A DNA stretch of 64,000 nt from Antedon mediterranea (Eukaryota; Animalia; Echinodermata): assembly GCF_964355755.1 (NCBI RefSeq), contig NC_092671.1:34854304-34918303 (forward strand). The letters are read 5' to 3'. The notes under the pieces were generated by a model. That model saw only the letters and a list, made by a program, of their open reading frames with translations, made no database searches and was not told the DNA's origin. The position numbers and the translations under genes are program-made. The stretch's first letter is position 1, and each line of letters starts with the position of its first letter. Of this stretch, positions 1-12,457 are shown piece after piece.

Positions 1-58
1 TCTGCTTTGAAAAATAATTTGAGGTGAATAAATAATTGTTGAATCTTTTTTTCTACAG

Positions 59-218
59 GTATGAGTTCTTTAACGACCTTTATCATCGGTTTCTATTAAC
101 GAGCAAAGTGAACATGAAGTGCATGTGTCTGCACGCCATGGCGATCGTGTACGGCAAATGTTACGATGAGATTGGCGCTTTCAATGATACCAAATACATA
201 TGTGGAATGTTGGAAAGG
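59..218 (+). CDS. DNAJC13: DNAJC13 exon ([11 protein letters not shown]...CGMLER)
   Basis: ctacag| acceptor, |gtatga donor. Confidence 0.92.
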
Positions 219-278
219 GTATGACAACAACAGATGTTTGTTTAATTATTTTTTAACTGGGTGGCCTCTTTGCCATTC

Positions 279-522
279 GTACATAAGTTGGGGACGCTGT
301 ATGTGAAAGAAAGTCGAACTACTTCGTAAATAAAGCTAAGCCTAACCCTCTAAATAATCTCTATCTCACTATAAGGTAAAAATAAGTTGCTCATGGGATT
401 CGAATCCCATACATCAAGTTCATAGTCTAATCCACTTGACTACACAGACGGCTCGACAGAACACGTTTCCATTAGTCATGTTTTTTTTCTACTAATTCAT
501 GAGGGGTCCCCAACTTATGTAC
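279..522. mobile_element. MITE with 17-bp TIRs (gtacataagttggggac / gtccccaacttatgtac) and an internal tRNA-like segment
   Basis: Perfect inverted termini; internal gggattcgaatccc B-box-like motif on the - strand. Confidence 0.6.
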
Positions 523-537
523 AAAAAGAAATATCAC

Positions 538-864
538 AGGCTCTTTAGTGCAAAGACTCCACATAAGGCCCTGTAAATTGTCATTTAGGCTCTTTAGTGC
601 AAAGACTCCACATAAGGCCCTGTTAATTGTCATTTAGGCTCTTTAGTGCAAAGACTCCACATAAGGCCCTGTTAATTGTCATTTAGGCTCTTTAGTGCAA
701 AGACTCCACATAAGGCCCTGTTAATTGTCATTTAGGCTCTTTAGTGCAAAGACTCCACATAAGGCCCTGTTAATTGTCATTTAGGCTCTTTAGTGCAAAG
801 ACTCCACATAAGGCCCTGTTAATTGTCATTTAGGCTCTTTAGTGCAAAGACTCCACATAAGGCC
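538..864 (+). repeat. 49-bp minisatellite, left part (~6.7 copies)
   Basis: Unit aggctctttagtgcaaagactccacataaggccctgttaattgtcattt recurs at 541, 590, 639, 688, 737, 786, 835. Confidence 0.97.
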
Positions 865-3800
865 GCAGATGGACGCATACATGTACTAACTAAGAATAAT
901 AAGAAGATTATCGTAACAAAATTTTCCGATCTCAACAAACTGCATTCCACCTAATTTACCGTGTGGTAGTACATTAAATGTGAAATTTTGAGATTTCTTG
1001 TTTTTGCCCTGAAACCAGAATTTTAACTATTGTATACATTATAGACTGCATTAACTGTTTGGTGTGTGTGCTTTATTGTGATTCTTTTTATTGTAAATTG
1101 TGTTTTTTTTTTATTATTGTATTGCTAACCTGCCGGTTTTTAGTCATTTATTTGAACGCCATTTTGCTTAACAGCTTTGGTGAATTGATTATATTTTGTT
1201 CTTTTTCCAATACTACTTTATGAGCACGACTCAATATGAAAATAAATCGAGTCCTACACATTCCATAGATTGCTTTGAAAGTGACGAGGCTGGTTTATGC
1301 AAATATTTCACTCCAACACAACTTAATGAGCTACAGGCGCAAATTGATAACAATGGTATCTTTACAACGTTACACATGAATGCACGTAGTCTTCCAAAAC
1401 ACTTCGACGAAATTAGCATTATGTTAGATACCATAGGTCGTGCGTTTGATGTACTTGGTTTCTCGGAAACCTGGATAAATAAGAACACGCCAATTGACTT
1501 ATTAAATATCAATGGATACAATATGTACACTTGTAATAGAGAAGGTAGAGTCGGTGGTGGAGTTTGTCTATATTTAAAAGAACAAATCAACACCGTAACA
1601 CGTGATGATTTTGTATTTAATGATAACTCCATTGATTCACTTTTTCTAGAAATAATAAACACAAACGGCAAAAATACTATTGTAGGTATGTTGTATCGAC
1701 CACCAAATTCAAACGTCAACTCATTTAACTCTGATCTGGAAGAAATCTTACATAAACTTAATCGCGAAAACAAAAACTGCTATATCTTAGGAGATTTTAA
1801 TCAAGACTTATTAAAATATGACATTCAAAAAACAACACAGGAATTCACAAACATTATTTACTCAACATCTTTTAATCCATTAATCAACTTACCCACCAGA
1901 ATAACATCGTCTTCTGCTACTATTTTAGATAATATTATTACAAATGATGATAACATTTCGCATTGTGGAGTAATAGTCACTGACATTACCGATCATCTAC
2001 CCATTTTCATGACAACACACTTGTCATTAAATACTAACACACAAGCTCCAATTACAAAACAAAAAGTAATTAATGATACAACATTAAATAACTTGCTTAT
2101 TGCTATTTCTAATGAGGATTGGGGTGAACTATATTTATGCACAGATACCAATACATCATATAACCTATTTATTAATAAACTATCCAATCTCATAGATAGT
2201 AACATACCTACAAAAAGTAATAAGCCAAATGGTAATACAAAGAAAAAACCATGGATCACAACAGGAATTTTGATTTCAATAAAAAAGAAAAATAAACTTT
2301 ATAAAAAATACCTTAAAAACCCAACACAATCATTAAAAAATATATATAAAAAGTACAAAAATAAATTAACTCATTTAATTAGAATTCGGAAAAACAATAT
2401 TATTCCAAAAAACTGGATGCAGCTCGACACGATTCAAAGCAAACATGGAAAGTTTTAAATGAAGTTCTAAATAGAAAAAAATCGAGTGTTAAGCCAAATG
2501 AGGTAATTAACCATAGTAATAAAACTTTGGTATGTGATCCAAAAGGTATGTCTGACGCTTTTAATGACTTCTTCTCCAACATTGGAAATGAATTAGCAAA
2601 CAAAATACCAAATGTAAACAATTCTGACTTTAAACAATATATGAAAGAGAGTCAATCCCAATCCATATTTTTCAATCCTACGAATGAAGAAGAGGTCATT
2701 GAAATAGTTAGTCAAATCAAAAATTCAAATTCAGAAGGTGTTGATAACTTAAGTAATTGCATTCTAAAACATATTATTGCTGCTGTGGCATCTCCTCTTG
2801 TACATATCTTTAACCTCTCTCTTGAGACAGGCATGGTCCCTGATAGTATGAAAGTAGCTAGAGTAGTTCCAATTTTTAAATCTGGCAATAAAAGTGACGT
2901 CAGTAATTATAGGCCGATCTCTATTCTGCCTACCGCTTCAAAAATTCTTGAAAAAATTGTTCAAATTAGAGTAAATAATTATATCACAAAGTTTAACATC
3001 CTTAATAATGCACAATATGGTTTCAGAAAAAACAGTTCTACTTTTATGGCCGTTATAGATCTGGTTGAACGAATAACCGATGCGCTTGATAAGAAAAAAA
3101 ATACCATCGGAATATTTATTGATTTGTCAAAAGCGTTTGACACCATCAACCATGATATACTTCTTAAAAAATTGGAACACTATGGCATAAGAGGCACGGC
3201 CCTTAAATGGTTTAGAAACTATATTAGTGGAAGGAAACAATTTACGTCTATTGATAACACAAGTTCGTGTTTGATGGATATAAATTGCGGTGTACCACAG
3301 GGTTCAATTCTGGGGCCTCTACTTTTTATTTTGTACATTAACGATGTATTTAATTGCTCAAACTCGTTATCTTTTGTTTTATTTGCTGACGACACAAACA
3401 TATCTGCATCTCACGAAAACTTGGATACGCTCATAGAACTAGTTAATGGTGAACTAAAAAATGTTTCGGATTGGTTCATGTGCAATAAACTATCAATCAA
3501 CGTTAAAAAAACTAATTACATAATTTTCCGCAATCAGCGAAATCCAAGTAATTTAGAGAATGTAAATATTTATGTCAACAATAAAAGAATAGATAGAGTT
3601 AAATCGACTAAATTCCTTGGAGTACATATTGATGAATTTCTCACATATAAGAACCACATCAATGTTACAGCTAGGAAAATATCTCGATATGTAGGCATAC
3701 TATATAAAGTAAGACATTTTTTACCAACCTATGCTCTCTGGACAATATACAAATCACTCATTGAACCAGTATTAAATTATTGCAACATAATATGGTGTAG

Positions 3801-4415
3801 CACATTTCCAAGTTATTTAGATGAGTTATTTAAACTCCAGAAAAGGGCATTACGAGCTATAACATGGTCAAAGTTTAATGATTCAATGACTGAATGTTTC
3901 TATAAATTTAAACTTCTTAAAATTGCTGATATCAATAAGTACCAAATTGGGCTTTTCATGTATAATGTTACTACTAATCAGGACGTGCGTTTTTCATCGC
4001 TCTTTATTAAAAATGGTTCTTACCATAATTATAATACAAGATCTAAAGACAAAATGAGACTCAGAAAACGTAATCGTACTTCTACTAGTTTTACTGTGTC
4101 ATGTGTGGGACCCAAATTGTGGAATGACTTGAATTACGAACTACAAAGTACCAAATCAATATATATATTTAAATCATTGTTTAAAGAACATTTATTATCA
4201 TTTTACAAATAATTTTAAAAATTATACTTGTTGCAGGATTTAGCTTTTTTATTATTTATGTTTTAGTTTTTTAGGCTAGTTAGGGACTTAGGGGGACACA
4301 ACTAATCAAGCTCTTTTGAGTTTTTATGTGTTTCCTTTTCATCTTTTTTATGTTCTCATATATTGTTGTTGTATATTTTCATGATAGAGGATGAATAAAG
4401 AATATTTGAATTTGA
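865..4415 (+). mobile_element. L2/CR1-group (Crack-like) non-LTR retrotransposon, 5'-truncated within ORF1
   Basis: ORF1-like C-terminal remnant ADGRIHVLTK...DLNKLHST* (865-954); APE+RT ORF2; 3' aataaag and (tttgaa)2 tail; TSD aaggcc at 859-864 and 4416-4421. Confidence 0.92.
1196..4212 (+). pseudogene. LINE ORF2 (apurinic endonuclease + reverse transcriptase) split by one -1 frameshift near 2383
   Basis: APE motifs HMNARSL, SETW, YRPP, GDFN, TDHLPI in ORF 1196-2458. RT motifs NYRPISIL, DLSKAFD, GVPQGSILGP, FADDT, KFLG in ORF 2527-4212. Restoring one A in 'agaattcgg' gives continuous RNSEKQYYSKKL...TWKVLN. Confidence 0.9.
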
Positions 4416-4684
4416 AAGGCCCTGTTAATTGTCATTTAGGCTCTTTAGTGCAAAGACTCCACATAAGGCCCTGTTAATTGTCATTTAGGCTCTTTAGTGC
4501 AAAGACTCCACATAAGGCCCTGTTAATTGTCATTTAGGCTCTTTAGTGTAAAGACTCCACATAAGGCCCTGTAATTTGTCATTTAGGCTCTTTAGTGCAA
4601 AGACTCCACATAAGGCCCTGTAAATTGTCATTTAGGCTCTTTAGTGCAAAGACTCCACATAAGGCCCTGTTAATTGTCATTTAG
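4416..4684 (+). repeat. 49-bp minisatellite, right part (~5.5 copies)
   Basis: Same unit resumes in register after the LINE. Confidence 0.97.
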
Positions 4685-4991
4685 TTGGTCATCATTTGTT
4701 TAGATTGATTGATTGATATAGTATATTAAAAATACAAGCACAAAATTTATTATTATTACAATGTAATATAATCCAACAGAGTTTGTTTGTTTGTTTTTAT
4801 TTGGGTATTCAAATGACGGTAAAAGTTACTAGACTATTTAGTTTTCCTGATTATTGTTTTCCCCCTAAAAATAGTAAACATGCTTTAAATTTCTAGAGTA
4901 GCTTATGGTATCATAGACATTAAAGATTGTTCTCTTACAAATTGAAATAAAAAATGTATCCATGAATAATTGATTCATTGTTTTATTGCAG

Positions 4992-5156
4992 TGTACAGAT
5001 CGTCAAGAAAGAGATCGTTTAATCTTCTTTTTGAACAAACTTATCTTAAGTCGACGGAACGTGAAAGAGCTCATCAATGCAAATGGCATCAAAGTGTTAG
5101 TAGACATCTTAACACTGGCACACCTTCATACATCAAGAGCAACAGTACCTACACAG
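4992..5156 (+). CDS. DNAJC13: DNAJC13 exon ([10 protein letters not shown]...RATVPTQ)
   Basis: ttgcag| ... |gttagt; in frame. Confidence 0.93.
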
Positions 5157-5683
5157 GTTAGTTGTTCGGCACCCTATGTCTAACTAGTTTGTTACTGCTT
5201 TGAACATCAAGATGAAATAGTGGCATTCAATTTCGTTTCGTTTATTAAATATTTTTCACACATATAAAACATTGTTATATTGAACAAGTTCGATAAGAAG
5301 GAGAAAACATTTTATCTGTGGAAAAAACCCTAAATAAGGAAAACTTTATGCCTAGGCATTTGGCTTGCAGATGGAGCTTGTTTACCAATCCCACATCCCA
5401 GCTCTGTCAAAAATGTGATTTCATGGCTGAAAGAGTGCCACTACTTAAGCCTCATAGAAGATTTATTTTAGAAATCAATTTAGGCTCATTCTATCCACAC
5501 CAGTCTACTACCCAGTGGTAATAGCTTCAGTTTGTCATTCTGTGTGAAATGAGACACAGGATATACTATACTACAATATGTAATAGTAATATTAGATTTA
5601 CATGGATTTTTACTGTAATATTCATTATGGGGAATTATTACATTGTGTTATGTTATATTAAAATTATTTCATTGTCTTTGTAG

Positions 5684-5788
5684 ACCAATGTGATCGAGGC
5701 CTCCCCAGACATGGAACTAACGCAAGAGAAGGAATGGTACTATGGAAACAAGGAGAGGGAACGACTGGGACCATACAGCTCAAAAGAG
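5684..5788 (+). CDS. DNAJC13: DNAJC13 exon (TNVIEASPDM...GPYSSKE; start of GYF_2-like region)
   Basis: tgtag| ... |gtaaag; not in the ORF track. Confidence 0.92.
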
Positions 5789-5825
5789 GTAAAGTTTGGT
5801 GTTAATTATTAAGTGTTATAATTTA

Positions 5826-7224
5826 TTACATTTGGTACGCTCGCTTCGCTCGCGTACCATCTAGGTCATGGCCACAGATGGTTCTCGAATAGTAATTTCA
5901 CCTTTAAAAAATTGGCGACTTCAAATGTACATGCAAGACAATAACACATGTCGTTTACAGGAACGAATAAATAGACACGGTGATTTATGTACTGAACTAA
6001 AATTAGCACCATGGGAATTACTTCCGAAAGAAAAACTTGTCACAAAATAAGACCAATTGTTTTGAAACAAACTGAATTTGTGTTTTGTATGCAACATGAG
6101 GGTTGAGGGATAAGGAAGAGGATGGGTGCAAAGACGAACAATTTTTAAATATATTCTTATCCATTTAGTAACGAAATTTATACCTCCATGACTAAACACA
6201 GTAAAACATTGCTATTTAATACTTTGTTGAAACTGTCACCATATAGTCGATTGAAATAGTACACTAATACGACGTTTATATTTTTTGTACAGTAATTAGA
6301 TTATTAATTAATACGTTCAGAAGGAACTGTCAGTAATAAAGTAAACATCTCTATTCGGGGAATATCGTAAATTCGCTTTAATCGTCAATAAATAATTATC
6401 TAACTTAACTTAATTAGTAGGTCTAATGGTTTTGAATTGTTTCTAACCACCAAAGTTGTTCTGCGTTTAGGGCATGTGATCCTTCATACCGTACCGTAGG
6501 CCTATCCCCTAATGGCTTTACAATGCTACTCATGCCAGTGAGTGGGAGGGTGGTGATGTGGGTGGTGGTTTAACTGCAATAATAAAGATGATTGTACATA
6601 ATAGACGGCGACTGGAAAGGCTAGCTCATTATCCGTTAAAAAAAATACCTATATCCAACCTCTGGAGCACAGATTGGATGAAATGGATCGAATTTCGTTT
6701 ATGACTGTACAGTACTTGTCTTTACGACGCCCGAGGGAATAGACACTTGTGGAACAGAGATTGGAATGTTCCATTTATCGCAGATCAAAACAGTTGTATA
6801 AATGTATATTAAATCTATCAAAATAGTATTTTTTTAAAGAAAATCGGCCTGTCTTCAACATTATGATGCTATACTCGAGCTGTTCAACCGGTTTTCAGCT
6901 ATTAAAAACAATTATCGTAGGAGGAGATAGGAAAATGCGAAGCAACCTCGTATTATTGTGTGCAGGTATTTTTTAAGAGGACATCCATTAGACAGTGTAT
7001 ACTACGGTCGGAAAACACCCCTATTTGGGGCAAATCGTTCAACCTAAATTCGTTTTAATTGTCAATAACTAATTATCTAACTCAATTTAATTAGTAAACA
7101 TGGTTACATCTGGTGGTTTAAATCAGTACCGAGATTCTAACCAACTTTACATACCATCGAGTAAACATTCTAGAAATAACGCGCGATTTACCCAATTTTG
7201 CCCTTGCGTAAATTTATATATAGA
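5826..7224 (-). mobile_element. Probable non-autonomous Helitron
   Basis: On - strand begins A|TCTATATATAAA. It ends with hairpin ggtacgcgagcgaagcgagcgtacc followed by aaatGTAA|T (degenerate CTRR). Internal ~70-bp duplication at 6351 and 7021. Confidence 0.55.
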
Positions 7225-7461
7225 TATACAGTATGAAATATAAATGAAAATCAACAAAACATCCAAAAATCATATTCTAGTTGAATAAAGTCTGGTATAT
7301 TATGTAAAGCTTATTTACAGAATATGACCGATTATATACCCATGGGGCTTGGCTATAAAATTTGGCAATTATTAGGGGGTGGGATTATTCATGAATTACA
7401 TTAAGATGTTCTTTTGTCTGAATTTAGCCTAGTATTAGTATGATTTGATAATTCTTTGCAG

Positions 7462-7664
7462 CTCAAAGAATTGTGGGAACAAGGACAAGTTACACCAAAG
7501 ACACGTTGTTGGGCACAGGGTCTGGATGGTTGGCGCCCTCTGCATGCCATTCCTCAGTTGAAGTGGACGCTGCTTGCTACTGGTCAGCAAGTGATGAATG
7601 AGAGCGACCTCGCTTGTCTGATATTGAATATGTTAATTAGGATTTGTGATTATTATCCCAGCAG
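7462..7664 (+). CDS. DNAJC13: DNAJC13 exon (LKELWEQG...CDYYPS)
   Basis: [14 protein letters not shown] motif; GT-AG sites. Confidence 0.94.
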
Positions 7665-8127
7665 GTATGTAGATTTTGACCTAATGAATATTCATGAATG
7701 TTTGTGTTTTTCTTATACTTAACAATCCCTTGGTTTAGGTTCAGGTAGTTGGAATTTTTATGACTCTACAATGCTGCTTTCAGAGATTTAGGTACAAATC
7801 CTGAGTAACAATATAATATTAGCACTTGAAAGCATGGTTATTGCTCATTCTCAAAATTTGCTTTAAAAAAAGATTCAAATATGTAATCGAAAAAACATGC
7901 AAAACAAAGCATGTATTTTCTTTATCCAATCACCAATTATAATAATTTTGGAGGCGTGTTAGGAAATAATTTCCCTTTAAAATCTTTTATTGCTGAATTA
8001 CTACCAGGAAAATCACACTAATTAAGATATGTTTTCAAAATTATATTTGTATGAAGGATGATTTTAAACTAAACCATTCAATTGAAAGGTGTGCACTATA
8101 ACACATGTCTTTCTTTTGTATTTATAG

Positions 8128-8212
8128 AGATGCTGATGATGCTATAATCAGACCTCTACCAAAGCCCAAAAGGTTGTTAACAGAGGCAACCTGTCTTCCT
8201 CATTTTGTGCAA
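8128..8212 (+). CDS. DNAJC13: DNAJC13 exon ([12 protein letters not shown]...PHFVQ)
   Basis: tatag| ... |gtaagt. Confidence 0.93.
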
Positions 8213-8875
8213 GTAAGTACCATGACATACATCATTCATAGCAGAGATTCTAAAGTAAATTCTGAAATTGAAAGCATAGGCCCCTACATATAAGTCAAGT
8301 CAAGCTATAATACCTGTCAAGAATGATATTATTGTAGTTATGAATGTGGCTACTAATACTCTATACTAATACTATAATAGCTACCAAGATTTCCTTTTGT
8401 CTAATAAAAGCTAGCTAGTCCCAATTGAATCTTACCAAATCAAATTTATTCACCTTCCTTAGGAGAAAATTATGATAAAACTGTACATTTTAGAATATAG
8501 ACATATTTTAATTCAAGATTTAAAATTAACACCGTCCATACCAAATAAAAATCAAAAGGGTTTTAACAAATTAAATAAAGTATCAAAATCATTGTAAAAC
8601 AGGGCAGACTTAACACTATCACAGATACCATGATTGACACAACCCACAGATTTACACTCTTTTAAAACATTATGACGGTAAAAAGTTGTTTTGTATGTTA
8701 TCAATTATATTTGTTCCTGTATACACTTATTTATTTTTCAATTCATTGTTTATTTCATACACTAATTCATTCAGTTGAACATACAACAATTATCCATTAT
8801 TTTGATGTAAAAAATACAATTTTATAAATTCAATTGATTCAAGTTATATATTCTTGTTGTTTATTGTCATTATAG

Positions 8876-9076
8876 TTATTACTGACCTTTGACCCAATCC
8901 TGGTTGAGAAGGTGTCAGTGCTGTTAGGTGGTATGGTGAAGGATAACCCTCAGATGCCACGTATTTATCTGTGTGGCGTCTTCTTTTTTATCATGATGTA
9001 CACCGGTTCCAATGTACTTCCACTCGCATGGTTCCTCAAGTACACTCATACGAGTCAGGCTTTCCGTTCAGAAGAG
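8876..9076 (+). CDS. DNAJC13: DNAJC13 exon ([12 protein letters not shown]...AFRSEE)
   Basis: [16 protein letters not shown] motif; GT-AG. Confidence 0.94.
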
Positions 9077-9409
9077 GTATGTCATTATTTTACCTTACTT
9101 AACCAGAGTGAGGTGTATTTTTTTCATATTTATTTATTTTATATAACATTAAATTAGTTGGCTTTTGCTTTGGACAACAGTAATGACTAAAGCTCTGTCT
9201 TCACTGTCAAGCTGACAAAAAAATGTGATGTGCCCATATATGGATACAATGATGTCATATCACTATCATGACATCAAGTTCACACAAGTGCTTAGCCCAT
9301 CCAAGAAGTCTAATGTTCTACGACCAGAAGTATGGTCAAGGAGAGCCTTGAACCTGTGCATATTTTGTGGCTATGCATCTAACAATCTATACATTTTTGT
9401 CCCATATAG

Positions 9410-9564
9410 AACAAAGGTTCCGATATTATGCAGCGTAGTATTTTAGGTCACATCCTTCCGGAAGCCATGGTCCATTTTCTGGAAAACCACAGTGCAGAGA
9501 AGTTTGCAGAAACGTATCTAGGTGAATTTGATACCCCAGAAGCAATATGGAATAGTGAAATGAG
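9410..9564 (+). CDS. DNAJC13: DNAJC13 exon ([13 protein letters not shown]...WNSEM)
   Basis: [10 protein letters not shown] motif. Confidence 0.93.
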
Positions 9565-9850
9565 GTACAGTAGAAATTATTACTTGGTACGGTTTTTGAC
9601 ATGTCGCACTGTAAATTTGATTTAAGAGAGCCTAGAGAAAGCCAGAGAATGTTAAAAAACAGATGCTAACTTAAACAGATCAAGGTTTGGACTTGGTCTG
9701 GACATGAAACTGAAAAATGTGTACAATTATACTCTCATCAATCAAAAAATCTGCAATTTCTTTTCTCGCTGTTTCACTTTATCATTGCCTGTGATATATC
9801 AATTTGAAACGATAACGATGTGGAAATCTGTGAGAATGAGAAAAAGTTAC

Positions 9851-9920
9851 CCCAACTGAGATTCGAACCCGGAACCTTCTGCTTGATATGCAGATGTCCT
9901 AACCATTAGACCACTGGGGG
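9851..9920 (-). mobile_element. tRNA-derived SINE head / tRNA pseudogene
   Basis: - strand has A-box gtggtctaatgg and B-box ggttcgaatc; degenerate cloverleaf. Confidence 0.5.
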
Positions 9921-9960
9921 CTTTCATTGTATTGTTCAAAATTTGATTTTTCATTTTTAG

Positions 9961-10162
9961 GAGGTTAATGATTGAAAAGATCGCTTCTCACATCGCAGAC
10001 TTCACTCCACGTCTTCAAAGCAATACCCGTGCCTTGTATCAGTACTGTCCCATTCCAATCATAAACTATCCGCAACTAGAAAAAGAACTGTTTGTTAATA
10101 TCTACTACCTGAGGCATCTATGTGATGAACAGAAGTTCCCTGATTGGCCAATCAAAGATCCA
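9961..10162 (+). CDS. DNAJC13: DNAJC13 exon ([10 protein letters not shown]...WPIKDP)
   Basis: [20 protein letters not shown] motif. Confidence 0.95.
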
Positions 10163-10189
10163 GTAAGTAAAATAGTCTTTACAAGGGGT

Positions 10190-10397
10190 AGAGAGTGTTT
10201 TTTCAAATGACAATTGTCTTCTCCTGGTTTAAAATCTGATTCGAAGGCTGCCTCCATGATGATCATGTCGAACCACATATAATACTTCATAGCGTGACCA
10301 GAAAGCGCTAGGCCCCCTAAAAATTCCATCGTAGGGAGTGTTTTTTTCAAATGACATTAACTTTTCCCGGTTGAAAATCTGATTTGAAGGCTGCCTT
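10190..10397 (+). repeat. Intronic direct duplication of ~65 bp (10190-10255 and 10333-10397)
   Basis: gagtgtttttt..caaatgaca..aaaatctgattYgaaggctgcct occurs twice. Confidence 0.7.
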
Positions 10398-10561
10398 AGG
10401 TTATGTAGCATTGAACTGAAATTTAGTTGAAATTTATTTGTAGGAAAAATTCTCTTTTTTTAACTTCATGCTGCTTGCAAATAATACGATAACAACAGTA
10501 TACATGTAACAAATAAAATAGGCAATGAAAACCAAATACAGTATTTTATTTTCCAATTTAG

Positions 10562-10677
10562 GTAAAGTTATTGAAAGACATTCTCGAAGAATGGAAGAAA
10601 GAAGTCGAGAAGAAACCACCGTCCATGTCCAGAGATGAAGCCTTCGAAACACTGAAAATTCCAAAAGCCAAACAAGG
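10562..10677 (+). CDS. DNAJC13: DNAJC13 exon (VKLLKDILEEWKKEVEKKPP...KQG)
   Basis: tttag| ... |gtatga. Confidence 0.93.
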
Positions 10678-10699
10678 GTATGATGATGTCATTTGTCAG

Positions 10700-11150
10700 T
10701 ATTACACCATTATCAGTACCACTACTGCCACCATCAGCAACATCACAACTATCTTTACCATCAGCTATCATCACTTCTACCATCCATACCAGCACCACTA
10801 TTCACCACCACCATCTTCACAACCATTTCCAGTACCACCATATATATTTCTTTCCTTCATAACAATGATTACAGATAGCCCTATCGTTATCCCATCATCA
10901 TTACCACTTCACAGCCCTCATCATCATCGTCAGCCGTTATCCATCCACTGCTGGATGAAGACCTCAGCATGCTCACCATCTGTATTTTGTCTTGCTGTAC
11001 CAGTTGGTACTGCTCCAATACTGTTGGAGTTCATCTCTCCCAACGCGTTCTTTGTCTGCCTCTGCTTCACTTTCCCTCCACATTGTTAAGGCTACATTCC
11101 AGCTGTTATCCTCTGACACAAGACCTAATTCCCATGTCCACTTTTTTCTT
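10700..11150. repeat. (CAT/CAC)-rich low-complexity tract followed by an RTE-like retroelement 3' fragment on the - strand
   Basis: catcatcatcgtcagccgttatccatccactgctggatgaag resembles RTE 3' termini (recalled motif); explains several spurious ORFs. Confidence 0.45.
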
Positions 11151-11338
11151 TTCACAGCCCTAGCCAGTAATAAATATCGTATACCATTATAATTAGAATC
11201 ATCACTATAACCCATTGTCTTGACTTTTATCATCATTAATAAAATATAGTAATACTATTGTATTACTATTAAATATTAATTATAATTCTATTTTTTCCAT
11301 TTCTGTTTAAATTAAAAATGGTATTATTTAAATTTTAG

Positions 11339-11553
11339 AAATGATGAAGGCTTTATTCGCAAAGCATACTTCCGTCTAGCTCAGAAGTACCATCCAGACA
11401 AGAATCCTGAGGGAAGGGATATGTTTGAGAAGGTGAACAAAGCCTATGAGTATCTGTGTACAAAGAGTTCAAAGACTGTTGATGGGCCTGACCCAGAGAA
11501 TGTGGTGCTACTTCTAAAAACACAAAGTATTTTGTTCAATAGATACAAAGAAG
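11339..11553 (+). CDS. DNAJC13: DNAJC13 J-domain exon ([37 protein letters not shown]...)
   Basis: HPD motif; GT-AG; not in the ORF track. Confidence 0.96.
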
Positions 11554-11743
11554 GTAAAAAGACATAATAATAATAATAATGGTTGTATAAAGGCCAGCGT
11601 CGTACGACGAAGCCTGAAGAGTTGTGTTGTCTGGAGAAAATTGAATTAATTCAATGTTCCCCCAACAACCTAAAAACTACGCCTAAGTGTAATTTCACTC
11701 TTCTCTGCTACATACACTGTATCTTATTCACATTGTCTTTCAG

Positions 11744-11928
11744 TTCTTGAACCTTACAAGTATGCTGGTTACCCCATGCTACTGAAGACCATCATGCTAG
11801 AGACAGATGACAAGTCTCTCTTCTCTAAACCAGTACCACTACTCGCTGAAGCTTGTGAACTTGCCTTCCACACAGTCAACTGCTCTGCATTGAATGCTGA
11901 AGAACTCAGGAGAGAGAATGGTATAGAG
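11744..11928 (+). CDS. DNAJC13: DNAJC13 exon (LEPYKYAGYPML...RRENGIE)
   Basis: Conserved motif; GT-AG. Confidence 0.94.
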
Positions 11929-12382
11929 GTATGTTATCCATATTTTAAATCTTATATTACACACCTAAGTTAATCCTTGCCATTTGATTAGTTAATTATG
12001 TATCACGTTCATTATTTTGCACTAGTGAATGATGAACGGCGCTAATGAATGTTGAATGGCACTAAAAAACATTGAACAGTATTAATGAACATTGAACGGC
12101 ACTGATGAACGTTCAACGTGTAAGAATGCTGCCACACCAGGTTGTTTACTGATCCACTTTCGAAAATCAACCTGTAGTCCACACCATCTACAACTGTTCT
12201 GTTGGTCTAGCTGCCTTTCAGAATGTCATAGCTTCCCAGCCTAGCCTTGGATGATGATTAACAAATTGAATACAATCTTTTAGTTGATTCTATCAAGGGT
12301 GTAAATATTTTTCGTTTATCATTAATTAACAATCATTGCCTGTATGATTTTAAATTGATTTGTTGTTGTTGTTTCTTTTCAG

Positions 12383-12457
12383 ATTCTTCAAAAGGCATTT
12401 TCCCGTTGTGTTTCAATTCTTACTCAGTCCAGTAATTCAGATGATGTACAAGTTCAG
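12383..12457 (+). CDS. DNAJC13: DNAJC13 exon (ILQKAFSRCV...VQVQ)
   Basis: ttcag| ... |gtaagt. Confidence 0.92.

Noticed and set aside
2380-2460. Programmed ribosomal frameshift between endonuclease and RT
   Set aside because: LINE ORF2 is normally continuous. A single-base loss restores the frame, so mutation or assembly error is more likely.
538-4684. 49-bp repeats flanking a reverse transcriptase, superficially like a CRISPR array, retron or DGR
   Set aside because: Units are contiguous and near-identical with no unique spacers. The RT is a LINE APE-RT with a TSD, in a eukaryotic intron.
10571-11236. Cluster of His/Thr/Pro-rich ORFs
   Set aside because: Read-through of a DNAJC13 exon into low-complexity CAT/CAC repeats and a retroelement relic.
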